A DNA stretch of 64,000 bases from Bacteroidota bacterium (GTDB lineage: Bacteria; Bacteroidota; Bacteroidia; Bacteroidales; GCA-2748055): positions 3,081-67,080 of the forward strand of contig PDRI01000095.1 in assembly GCA_002748055.1 (NCBI GenBank), read 5' to 3'. The notes beneath the pieces were generated by a model. The model saw only the letters and a list, made by a program, of their open reading frames with translations. It searched no databases and was not told the origin of the DNA. Each line of letters begins with the position of its first letter. The first letter of the stretch is position 1. Of the stretch, positions 46,214 to 54,396 are shown in pieces. Position numbers and translations under genes: made by a program.

Positions 46214-48637
46214 CTAGGACGGTTTCTTTTTGGGCTTGTTTAATGCCGGAATTCTGTTGAACAGTCCCTTCCTCTTTTGTTGCGTATAGTACTTTCCATG
46301 TGCCCCTTTCTTTGGAATGTCTCCATTGATGAGCAAATGCAGGTTCTTAATGTCCTTGGCCTCAATATCGTCGAGGGTCTGCAACAGCATTCTTTTTTTC
46401 ACAATGCCCAGACGCGATACATAAATGTTGATGTCGGAGTAGCGCATCAGCACAAACGAGTCGGTCAACAGCCCATAAGGTGGTGTATCTATGATGATGT
46501 AGTCGTACTTTTTACGCAGTTCTTCAAACAAAATCCTGGTCTGATCCCCGGAAATCAACTCAATGGGATTGGGAGGAATCTGCCCTGCAAGCATAATGTC
46601 CAGATTGGGCACCCCCGATGAGATGGTAATCTCTTCCATGGAAGCCTTGTTGATCAGATAGGAGCTAACACCCACCAAACCTCTAATACCAAGGGTATTG
46701 TAAATGTCGCTTGGGCGTCTAAGGTCAAATTCCACCAGGATGGTTTTATTGTTGGTGACCGCCAGAGAACTCGCCAGATTCAGGGCCGAAAAAGACTTCC
46801 CCTCTCCTTCCATGGTTGAGGTAACCAGAATCACCTGGTTCGACTTCCCCATCAAATAGTAAATAATATTGCTTCGAAGCGAATGGAAAGCCTCAGCAGC
46901 AATGGAATTAGGCTGGTCCCTGATGACATTGATGGTGCCCCTGGCATGCTGCGGAATACTGCCCACCTGGTTGAGGCTCGTATAGCGCCGGAGCTCCTCC
47001 TTATTGGCAACACGATTGGTAAACATCTTCCGGATCAGAACGAAGGTGATGGGGATGAGTAAGCCAAAAAGAAAGGCCCCGATCAGCACCAGTACTTTCT
47101 TTGGCGCTGCAATTCCGGCATACTGCGGAGGTTCGACCAGCTCACAATCGGAAAGCGTAGAGGCCTTGATGATTTGCGCCTGAATACGTTGCTCCAACAA
47201 GGACATATAGACCCCTTCACTCAGGTTAAACTTCCGCTCTATCCCCAGCAACTGCCGCTGGGTATAGGGCAGGCTTTTGTACTCCCTGTCCAGTTGGCCG
47301 ATCCGGCTGTTAAGCTCCCTGAGCTCGGCATTTGCCGTATTCAGGCTGTACGAGATATTCTCCATAATCAGCCGCTCCAGATTGGCGATGGTAATATTCA
47401 GGGTCTTCAGCCTCGGGCTTCTCAACTGCTTATTATTGATCAGCTGCTGCCTCTCGGTGGCCATAGAGGTTAGTTCCTCAATCAATGCAGTAAGCTGGGG
47501 ATCGTTTATACCCGCAGCTGAAGGGGCAAGCATGCCTGTCGATTCATTGGATGCAAAATAGTCCTGCATTTGCTGCAGGTAATTACGTCTGCGTTCGATG
47601 TCGTCACGCTCCAATTCCGATTCCTGCAACTGGTTATAAACATTCCCTGCCTTCTCATCGATATTCATTACACTGGAGCTGCGCCTGATGTTTTGCAATT
47701 CCTGTTCCGAACTGCCCAGGGATTTGGAAATATCGGCCAACTGGAAATCGAGATGCTCTATCGTCTTCTCTGCCAGATGATTCTTTTTCTCAAGATTGTT
47801 CTCGATATACTTCTCCACTAAATGGTTCAGAAAATCAATTCCCTTTTGAAGGTTTCCGGAACGCATAGACATATCCACCATTGTCGCATCAACGGAAGAG
47901 GCTTCAACCTTCAGGGCCTGCTTAAACTGCCCCGTCAGCGCAGCCTTCGAATTAAATCGGAAAAAGAGATCCTTGCCCTGGTAAGCATCTGCATTGTAAT
48001 TTGAATTCAGAACGAGCTTGAATGAGGCATATTCATTCTCTACCACATCGCCGAATTTATACTCTCCCCCAAGTTGAAATGAAGTGGAAGGAATCACATA
48101 CTCATCACTCTCGAAATTGACTATACTCACCTCATTTCCATTCGCGGCTATCGAGTAACGCTCATCATCCAGTATCTTCACATAGAATAAAACATCCACA
48201 ACCTGCAGGTGCTTCTTATCCGGAAAAACCAGAAAAGGGGATTCGGTATAAAGCTCTTTCATACTGAATTCCATCTCTTTCGGAATCCTGTCTTCCTGGA
48301 GATAATAAGATACCTGCACATCCATTTCCTCTACGACCGACCGAATCAGGGGAGTGGAACCCATCAGGTAGATTTCGTTTTGCAGGTTCTTGTCCTGTTC
48401 AATCAGTTCATTCACCCTCATCATATCCTCGGATCCGCCTCCATAGGCATTGGAACGCTCCATTTTCAGGACAACCGAGGCGGCCACATTGTATTCCCTG
48501 GCGGCAAACTTCACATAGAACATCCCGATCCCCAGGGTCAGCCCCATGGAGATAACCACCACATACCAGAACTTGAACAGATCCCGAATAAACTCGATCA
48601 GATAGCTCAGGACATTCTCATTGATACTATTCGTCAT
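46214..48637 (-). CDS. wzc: Polysaccharide co-polymerase / tyrosine autokinase (Wzc/GumC-like, PCP-2a).
   Basis: 807 aa. It has an N-terminal TM segment, a long coiled-coil periplasmic region and a second TM segment. Walker A: LVTSTMEGEGKSFSALNLA. Walker B-like: YIIIDTPP. Confidence 0.85.
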   Translation of the reverse strand: MTNSINENVLSYLIEFIRDLFKFWYVVVISMGLTLGIGMFYVKFAAREYNVAASVVLKMERSNAYGGGSEDMMRVNELIEQDKNLQNEIYLMGSTPLIRSVVEEMDVQVSYYLQEDRIPKEMEFSMKELYTESPFLVFPDKKHLQVVDVLFYVKILDDERYSIAANGNEVSIVNFESDEYVIPSTSFQLGGEYKFGDVVENEYASFKLVLNSNYNADAYQGKDLFFRFNSKAALTGQFKQALKVEASSVDATMVDMSMRSGNLQKGIDFLNHLVEKYIENNLEKKNHLAEKTIEHLDFQLADISKSLGSSEQELQNIRRSSSVMNIDEKAGNVYNQLQESELERDDIERRRNYLQQMQDYFASNESTGMLAPSAAGINDPQLTALIEELTSMATERQQLINNKQLRSPRLKTLNITIANLERLIMENISYSLNTANAELRELNSRIGQLDREYKSLPYTQRQLLGIERKFNLSEGVYMSLLEQRIQAQIIKASTLSDCELVEPPQYAGIAAPKKVLVLIGAFLFGLLIPITFVLIRKMFTNRVANKEELRRYTSLNQVGSIPQHARGTINVIRDQPNSIAAEAFHSLRSNIIYYLMGKSNQVILVTSTMEGEGKSFSALNLASSLAVTNNKTILVEFDLRRPSDIYNTLGIRGLVGVSSYLINKASMEEITISSGVPNLDIMLAGQIPPNPIELISGDQTRILFEELRKKYDYIIIDTPPYGLLTDSFVLMRYSDINIYVSRLGIVKKRMLLQTLDDIEAKDIKNLHLLINGDIPKKGAHGKYYTQQKRKGLFNRIPALNKPKKKPS

Positions 48638-48645
48638 TGTTCTTT

Positions 48646-49422
48646 CTACCTTACGTAATTAATCATGAAAGTCATTACCACTATCGAGAGTGAAGCGATG
48701 GACAGGAGCAGGTCATACGGGAAGACATCCAGGCCCCATTTCTTCGAATTCAGTGGTTTAACATAGATGATGTCATTCGATTTAACCATGTACAACTCGG
48801 AGGTCAGAAGATCGTCCCGGGTCAGATCTATCTCGTATTTAGACCTGTACTCACCCTCTTCCCTGACGATAAGCACATGGTTTCTATCGCCGAAAACGGC
48901 AATATCTCCCGCATAACCAATGGCCTGCAGAATATTTACACTTTTGTAGTTGAAAACATAGACCCCAGGGCGATTTACCTCACCCAAAATCGTCACTTTG
49001 TTATTTACAAAACGAATAAAGACCGATGGGTTCAGAAGGTACTGTGACAATTCCGCCTCAATCAAATCCGATGCTTCGAGCAGGGTAAGCCCGGAAACCT
49101 TGGTACGGTTGATATAGGGAAGCTTAATGAAACCACCATCATCCACGGTATGGCTCAATAAAGAGGGATCGTGAACATTCTGATTCGCCTGCTGGCTAAA
49201 ATTGGTCTGTGTTTCATCATCGCTCGTCACCCGGATATAAATCTCATCACCCTGGCGGATCTTATTGTCCATATTCTGGTCGATGAAGTACATATTGTCT
49301 TCCTGCTGAGCAAGCATTTCCTTTGTTTCTTGCACGTACATTACCTTCCTATTCGGAACGCAGGCTGCCAGCAACAGCAGTGCCAGCAAACTGAGAATAA
49401 CAGGCCCCTTGTTTCTTTGCAT
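48646..49422 (-). CDS. wza: Polysaccharide export outer-membrane protein (Wza-like, Poly_export plus SLBB).
   Basis: 258 aa. Lipoprotein-type signal LLLLAACVP. Motifs: IRQGDEIYIRV and VTILGEVNRPGVY. It lies 8 bp upstream of wzc. Confidence 0.8.
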   Translation of the reverse strand: MQRNKGPVILSLLALLLLAACVPNRKVMYVQETKEMLAQQEDNMYFIDQNMDNKIRQGDEIYIRVTSDDETQTNFSQQANQNVHDPSLLSHTVDDGGFIKLPYINRTKVSGLTLLEASDLIEAELSQYLLNPSVFIRFVNNKVTILGEVNRPGVYVFNYKSVNILQAIGYAGDIAVFGDRNHVLIVREEGEYRSKYEIDLTRDDLLTSELYMVKSNDIIYVKPLNSKKWGLDVFPYDLLLSIASLSIVVMTFMINYVR

Positions 49423-49533
49423 ACTAAAACGATTTAAACCGATTTAAAACTACCGCCTAAATTAACAGAATATACCCGAAGTGCATGAAAATCGCTGTGA
49501 AAAAAAAGGAGGAAAGCTGCCCGGGCAAAACAA

Positions 49534-50961
49534 TCAATGCCCCCCGGCTATAAAAAAGGTCTTTACCGTCTTTATAAACAAACCGATGTCCTTCCCGATG
49601 TTCCAGTTGTCGATATAGTGCATGTCCAGCATCATCCACTCTTCGAAGGAAACATCATGCCGGTTCGGAACAATTTGCCAGGAACAGGTAATCCCGGGCT
49701 TCACCGACAGCCTTCGGAGTTGCCAACGCTCGTATTGCTTCACTTCAGACTCCAGCGGAGGCCGCGGGCCAATCAAAGACATATCCCCTTTTACGACATT
49801 CAAGAGCTGGGGAAGCTCATCAAGACCTGTTTTCCGGAGAAACTTACCTATGCCCGTAATCCGGGGATCATCCTTCATTTTAAAAACAGGCCCGTCCGCT
49901 TCATTCCTGGCCTTTAGCTTCTTCAACTGGGCTTCGGCATCCACCACCATTGTCCTGAACTTATAGAGCTTAAACTTCCTGCCACGCAGGCCAATTCTTT
50001 CCTGCATAAAGAAAACCGGCCCCTTGGATGTGAATTTAATCATGATGGCAATCAGCAGGAAGAAGGGAGAAAGAAGCACCAGGGCAAGCATGGAAAAATA
50101 CACATCCCCCATGGATTTCAGAACCAGGGAAAGATTGTTGGAAGGGGCATCAATGATGGACAGGTCATTGGTTTTGTTCAGGGTTTTAAGCTGGAATTCA
50201 GTGGGATCAAGTGGTGAAACTGAAGACTGAAGGCGGAAAACTACACCAATCTCGTTACAGGCATCCACAATCTCCTTAATGAATTCAATGTCTACGTCCC
50301 TCCGACAGTACAGGACCTCATCAATAACCGTATTGTCTAGCTCCTTTTTCAGGGACGCGTCCGGGGGGAGAATCGTAATGTAGGACCCATATTTGGCCCT
50401 GATCAACTTGGAATCGGTCAGTATGGAAACAATATTAAACCCCCACTCCTTTTGCTTCATCAGGTTCTCGATCGTACCATCGGAAAAAGCATCGGCGATG
50501 AGCAGCACATTGTGAAAGCTTTTGCCGCTCGACCGGTAACTCTTCAGAACCTTAAAAACGAACATCTTGAAAATAAGGAGCAGCACATATAAGACCCCGG
50601 AATAAACCGCTACCAGCATCACCGGGATAGAGGTCAGTCTGAAAACGACCTTAAACAACAATAAAAGGATGAAAATCAGAAAAATCCCACGGCCAAACTG
50701 GAAAGCCAGTGTCAGATAGCGCTGGGTTCTGGGTACCCTGGCCATGCCCGTAATACGGGAAAGCACAAACCAGGACATCAGAATAAAAATAAAAAATACC
50801 ACAGCCTGGAAATCCTTCAAAACCATATCGACCACGTAGAATTGTGTGATCCAGATGGCAACGGGAAACGCAAGGCTGGCAAGAAGCATTTCAATCACAT
50901 CAATGATGAAGTGCCCCTTCTCCTTCTTTGGCTCGGTTATGCCTTTGTGCGTTTTTGACAT
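49534..50961 (-). CDS. Polyprenyl-phosphate sugar phosphotransferase (WbaP/bacterial sugar transferase family), the initiating enzyme.
   Basis: 475 aa with N-terminal TM helices. C-terminus: FMQERIGLRGRKFKLYKFRTMVVDAE...DPRITGIGKFLRKTGLDELPQLLNVVKGDMSLIGPRPP. Confidence 0.9.
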   Translation of the reverse strand: MSKTHKGITEPKKEKGHFIIDVIEMLLASLAFPVAIWITQFYVVDMVLKDFQAVVFFIFILMSWFVLSRITGMARVPRTQRYLTLAFQFGRGIFLIFILLLLFKVVFRLTSIPVMLVAVYSGVLYVLLLIFKMFVFKVLKSYRSSGKSFHNVLLIADAFSDGTIENLMKQKEWGFNIVSILTDSKLIRAKYGSYITILPPDASLKKELDNTVIDEVLYCRRDVDIEFIKEIVDACNEIGVVFRLQSSVSPLDPTEFQLKTLNKTNDLSIIDAPSNNLSLVLKSMGDVYFSMLALVLLSPFFLLIAIMIKFTSKGPVFFMQERIGLRGRKFKLYKFRTMVVDAEAQLKKLKARNEADGPVFKMKDDPRITGIGKFLRKTGLDELPQLLNVVKGDMSLIGPRPPLESEVKQYERWQLRRLSVKPGITCSWQIVPNRHDVSFEEWMMLDMHYIDNWNIGKDIGLFIKTVKTFFIAGGH

Positions 50962-51110
50962 TTAATCGATTAGATTATGGCTGTTTCGCCGAAGCTAAAT
51001 TGCGAAAATTCTACAGTTATATACGCTAATCTGCTGCGAACGTTGTGCAAAATTTGACAAATTCTGAAATTGTCAGCCTGAATCGCAGTAAAATAGTGAC
51101 AAGCCGGAGC

Positions 51111-51139
51111 AATTCCGGAATTTTTGATTTTGTACAAAA
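51111..51139. promoter_or_regulatory. Two adjacent perfect 12-bp palindromes, candidate operators in a divergent promoter region.
   Basis: AATTCCGGAATT (51111-51122) and TTTTGTACAAAA (51128-51139). They lie ~150 bp from both the WbaP-like ATG (50961, minus) and the SiaC-like ATG (51282, plus). Confidence 0.3.
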
Positions 51140-51281
51140 CGAAACTTAGCCCAAGTTATTCCGGCTATTGACCATTGAAAAACGCTCGTTCGTCAATTCC
51201 TTAAAAAAAACTCCAAAAGGGCATAAACAATCTTTGCTACCTTTACTTTCTCGAACAACGCACCCTTTTGAAGCAGTATTT

Positions 51282-51650
51282 ATGGAAGACCTACTGATTA
51301 AAGCGACCGACAAAGCAATGGGCGTCGACCTGTCCTATGGGATTCTGAACTTCACCGGTCGATCTATTCTCACCGATCCAAAAGTGTTTTTTGAACCGGT
51401 AAATGCCTGGGTTACGAAGTATTTGAAAAAACCGGCAGAAGAAACAGTGGTCAATGTAAAACTGGAGTACATTGACACGGCCTCCACCCAAGCCCTCTAT
51501 CAAATGCTGAGGCAGCTGAATGGCCTGAGAAAGAAAGGGCTTGTTCTTATGGTAAACTGGCACATCGAAGATGACGACCCCGAAATGAAAGAGTTGGGCG
51601 AGATGATTGAACAGCGCCTGGGGCTGGAGTTTCAATTCATTTCTTTCTGA
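51282..51650 (+). CDS. DUF1987 / SiaC-family small regulatory protein (122 aa).
   Basis: The track ORF starts with TTG at 51168. The ATG at 51282 gives MEDLLIKATDKAMGVDLSYGILNFTGRSILTDPKVFFEPVNAWVTKYL...VNVKLEYIDTAST...WHIEDDDPEMKELGEMIE. This layout matches DUF1987 as I recall it. Confidence 0.7.
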   Translation: MEDLLIKATDKAMGVDLSYGILNFTGRSILTDPKVFFEPVNAWVTKYLKKPAEETVVNVKLEYIDTASTQALYQMLRQLNGLRKKGLVLMVNWHIEDDDPEMKELGEMIEQRLGLEFQFISF

Positions 51651-51679
51651 GGGGGTGAAAAAAAACGTATTTTGGACCC

Positions 51680-52489
51680 ATGGCAGATGACCGCCCTAAA
51701 CTGAGCCGTAGCGAACTTGAGGAAGCCTGTCTGCGGCAAAACATCATTATCCAACGCAAAGATCCCCTGACCGGGTCAAGCATCAACCTTCCCAACATTG
51801 AGAAAGTAAACAAGATGATCCGGGAGTTCGACATACTGGTGGATGGAGCCTCCCGCGGAAAGTCGGTTAATGAGATTAGTAAGATTGAACGTTTCTTATA
51901 CGAGCACGAAGATGATCCCGAGAAGCAGAGCGAATACCTGGCTTCCTGCTACAGTAAGGCATCGATGTACATCGAAGCACAGCGGAGTCTGCTGAATGAC
52001 AAGCATTCGGAGAACTGGAAATACTTGTTTGTCAGCTACTTTAAGTTAGAAGACATCTATTACTACTTCAACAAAGGGATCAGTGCCTCCGTTTTTTTCA
52101 AGGATTTCACCCTGTACAAGGACATGGTAGAGCTGACCTACCACGTCAAGCTTATGAATTATCTGCGCAGCCAGGTCCAGCTTCAAATCCTTCCCGAAGC
52201 CGAGAAGGATCTTCCTTCACCCATTGAGGATGTTAACCTGAAACTGGCTATCATCCACCTGCTGGGCATAAGTGATCTTTTAACAAAGCGCAGTACTCAG
52301 CAGGGGCTGGCCGGCCTTGCCCGCTTTTTTACGGTCATTTTTGGAGAGGATCCGGCTTCATGGCGCAGTCTGCTGAAAAAGCTGGAACAAATTGGAAGCG
52401 GAAGTGACAAGGACATCCTGAATGAGCTAAACCTGTGTAAAGCCAAAGAAATCATCTCCGTATTCGGAATTGATTTGGAAAAAGACTAA
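51680..52489 (+). CDS. Hypothetical protein (269 aa), apparently helical, with no recognisable motif.
   Basis: Clean ORF with 29-bp and 39-bp gaps to the flanking SiaC-like genes. No signal peptide or TM segment is evident. Confidence 0.6.
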   Translation: MADDRPKLSRSELEEACLRQNIIIQRKDPLTGSSINLPNIEKVNKMIREFDILVDGASRGKSVNEISKIERFLYEHEDDPEKQSEYLASCYSKASMYIEAQRSLLNDKHSENWKYLFVSYFKLEDIYYYFNKGISASVFFKDFTLYKDMVELTYHVKLMNYLRSQVQLQILPEAEKDLPSPIEDVNLKLAIIHLLGISDLLTKRSTQQGLAGLARFFTVIFGEDPASWRSLLKKLEQIGSGSDKDILNELNLCKAKEIISVFGIDLEKD

Positions 52490-52528
52490 TTGCTATATTT
52501 GTAATTAATTACGAGAAATAGAATAACC

Positions 52529-52900
52529 ATGGAAAAAATTAGTATTGAACCCACAAAGAAATCACTGGAAGTTGAATGCGCACCTGGTTACTTTAAACTC
52601 TCTGGGAACTCAATACTGTCCGATCCACGGAAATTCTTCAAGCCCATCGTCGAATGGGTCGAAGTCTATGTTCAGCAACCAGAGGAGTTAACCACGATCG
52701 ACCTGAAGCTTGAGTATGTCGATACAGCATCCGTCCAAAGCGTATTCGACATTATGCGTATGTTCAAGCCCCTCCAGGAACAGGACAAAGAGGTTGCGGT
52801 CAACTTCTATTTCGAATTCGATGATCCGGAATTGCTCGAACTGGGTGAGATCATGGAAGGCAGACTTGGTATCAAATTCAATTTCATCGAATACCAGTAA
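52529..52900 (+). CDS. Second DUF1987 / SiaC-family small regulatory protein (123 aa).
   Basis: MEKISIEPTKKSLEVECAPGYFKLSGNSILSDPRKFFKPIVEWVEVYV...IDLKLEYVDTASV...FYFEFDDPELLELGEIME. It is collinear with 51282..51650. Confidence 0.7.
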   Translation: MEKISIEPTKKSLEVECAPGYFKLSGNSILSDPRKFFKPIVEWVEVYVQQPEELTTIDLKLEYVDTASVQSVFDIMRMFKPLQEQDKEVAVNFYFEFDDPELLELGEIMEGRLGIKFNFIEYQ

Positions 52901-52982
52901 GCCCCTGAAGCCCCTGCGGCTCCATTGCTCTCATGGAAGATAATTGTACTTTTAGGCTATCATCCCCTAAACGAACTGTTTC

Positions 52983-53144
52983 ATGAACCCAAACTTCTCC
53001 CACAGGTCCTTTTCCGGGACAGCAGCCACTTTTGTCGCAGGAAGCCTGACGGCGCCCCCCCTTTCAAGAGCGGCTCTTGATCAGGGACGGAAAATAAATG
53101 CAGTTCCGGCAGGTAGTGTTGTTCATCGGACTCACCGACCTTGA
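52983..53144 (+). pseudogene. 53-codon ORF resembling a decayed TAT-signal N-terminus. It may be a gene remnant or may be spurious.
   Basis: MNPNFSHRSFSGTAATFVAGSLTAPPLSRAAL... has a hydrophobic A/G-rich stretch after HRSF, like a degraded SRRxFLK signal. It is below the track's length cutoff. Confidence 0.2.
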
Positions 53145-53212
53145 ACCCCGGAGCAAAAGACTTATTTAAGCAGCTTTAGTAACACTTTAATTCACAAACA
53201 AAAACCAATACA

Positions 53213-54181
53213 ATGATTGATCGCAGACGTTTTATTCAGGCAGGAGCAATGACCGTTGCAGGTGCGGCACTGGCCGGATGTACCACCAGTGGAAACCAGG
53301 AAGCTCCGGAAGCCAGTAAACCAAAAAATATCCGTCATAATCCCATTGGGGTTTCGACCTATTCTTTCTGGCAGTTTAACCGGCCAAAAAATGACCCCCC
53401 CATTGAAGAAATCATCGATAAGGTTGCAGCCATGGGCTTCGACGGAGTTGAACTGCTTCTGGTACAGATGGCCGCCGAAGATACACCCTACCTGAATAGT
53501 TTGAAGCGAAGAGCTTTTCATGCAGGTCTCGACCTGATGGGCTTTTCCACTCACCAGGGTTACGTCAGACCCGATAAAGCCTACCGTGACGAAAACATCG
53601 CACTGACCATCCACCAGATTGAGCTGGCCTATCAACTTGGCATCCCCACCATGCGGATTAATACCGGCCGCTGGGGCACTTCGGAATCCTTCGATCATTT
53701 GATGGAGAACAGGGGGATTGAACCTACCATTGAAGGCTACACCGATGAGGATGGCTTCAAGTGGGTAATCGATGCCATGGAGCAGATCGTACCTGTAGCC
53801 GAGAAATGTGGGGTTACACTGGGCCTTGAAAACCACTGGGGACTGGGACGCACAGCCGAAGGTGTCAAGCGCATTGTTGACGCTATTGACTCACCGTGGC
53901 TGAGCGTAACACTCGACACAGGAAACTTCCTGGAAGAGCCCTATGATGAGCTTAAGAAACTGGCTTCAATGGCCAGTCTCATGCAGGCGAAGACCTATTA
54001 TGGAGGTGGAAAATGGTACACCCTTGATCTGGACTATCCGCGCATTGGTGCCATTATGAGAGATGCAGGTTACAAGGGCTATATCTCCCTCGAAATGGAA
54101 GGTAAGGCCGATCCGATGGAAGCCGTACCCCAGAGTCTGGAAGTCCTGCGCGACGCCTTCTGGTATGAAGTCGGGGCATAG
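53213..54181 (+). CDS. Xylose isomerase-like TIM-barrel protein (sugar phosphate isomerase/epimerase family) with a TAT/lipoprotein signal.
   Basis: MIDRRRFIQAGAMTVAGAALAGC (twin-arginine plus Cys). Motifs: GFDGVELL, LGLENHWG, DTGNF, ISLEMEG. Confidence 0.85.
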   Translation: MIDRRRFIQAGAMTVAGAALAGCTTSGNQEAPEASKPKNIRHNPIGVSTYSFWQFNRPKNDPPIEEIIDKVAAMGFDGVELLLVQMAAEDTPYLNSLKRRAFHAGLDLMGFSTHQGYVRPDKAYRDENIALTIHQIELAYQLGIPTMRINTGRWGTSESFDHLMENRGIEPTIEGYTDEDGFKWVIDAMEQIVPVAEKCGVTLGLENHWGLGRTAEGVKRIVDAIDSPWLSVTLDTGNFLEEPYDELKKLASMASLMQAKTYYGGGKWYTLDLDYPRIGAIMRDAGYKGYISLEMEGKADPMEAVPQSLEVLRDAFWYEVGA

Positions 54182-54236
54182 ACCGGCTCGATGAAAATCC
54201 AATGCCCGGAAAGCTAAGCCGGGCAGGCTAAAAAAG

Positions 54237-54267
54237 GCTCCCGGCTTACCCCCGGGAGCTTTTTTTT
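54237..54267 (+). terminator. Rho-independent terminator.
   Basis: GCTCCCGG-cttaccc-CCGGGAGC followed by TTTTTTTT, and preceded by an A-tract. Confidence 0.8.
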
Positions 54268-54369
54268 GTTCCACTGCTCCTTTCAAATGCCCGATCACGT
54301 GCAAAAAAGTGCAAATGCCAACGAAATGTTAATCCCGGACACAATCAATGTTTTATAACATAATTTCTA

Positions 54370-54377
54370 TACTTTTG
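54370..54377 (+). promoter_or_regulatory. Candidate -7 promoter box (TAnnTTTG).
   Basis: TACTTTTG lies 20 bp upstream of the ATG at 54397. Confidence 0.4.
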
Positions 54378-54396
54378 TGGTAAAATTATTCAGCTT

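Noticed and set aside
49516-49529. 10-bp palindrome TGCCCGGGCA followed (on the minus strand) by a T-run, considered as a terminator for the WbaP-like gene.
   Set aside because: The stem would be only 4-5 bp with a minimal loop, and wza follows about 110 bp downstream in the same orientation. That is insufficient to call.
53192-53836. 214-aa minus-strand ORF (similarly 55906..56520, 61995..62606, 62792..63401).
   Set aside because: Each overlaps a well supported plus-strand gene (TIM barrel, P-loop protein/DUF1080, NagB/NRAMP). These are shadow ORFs.
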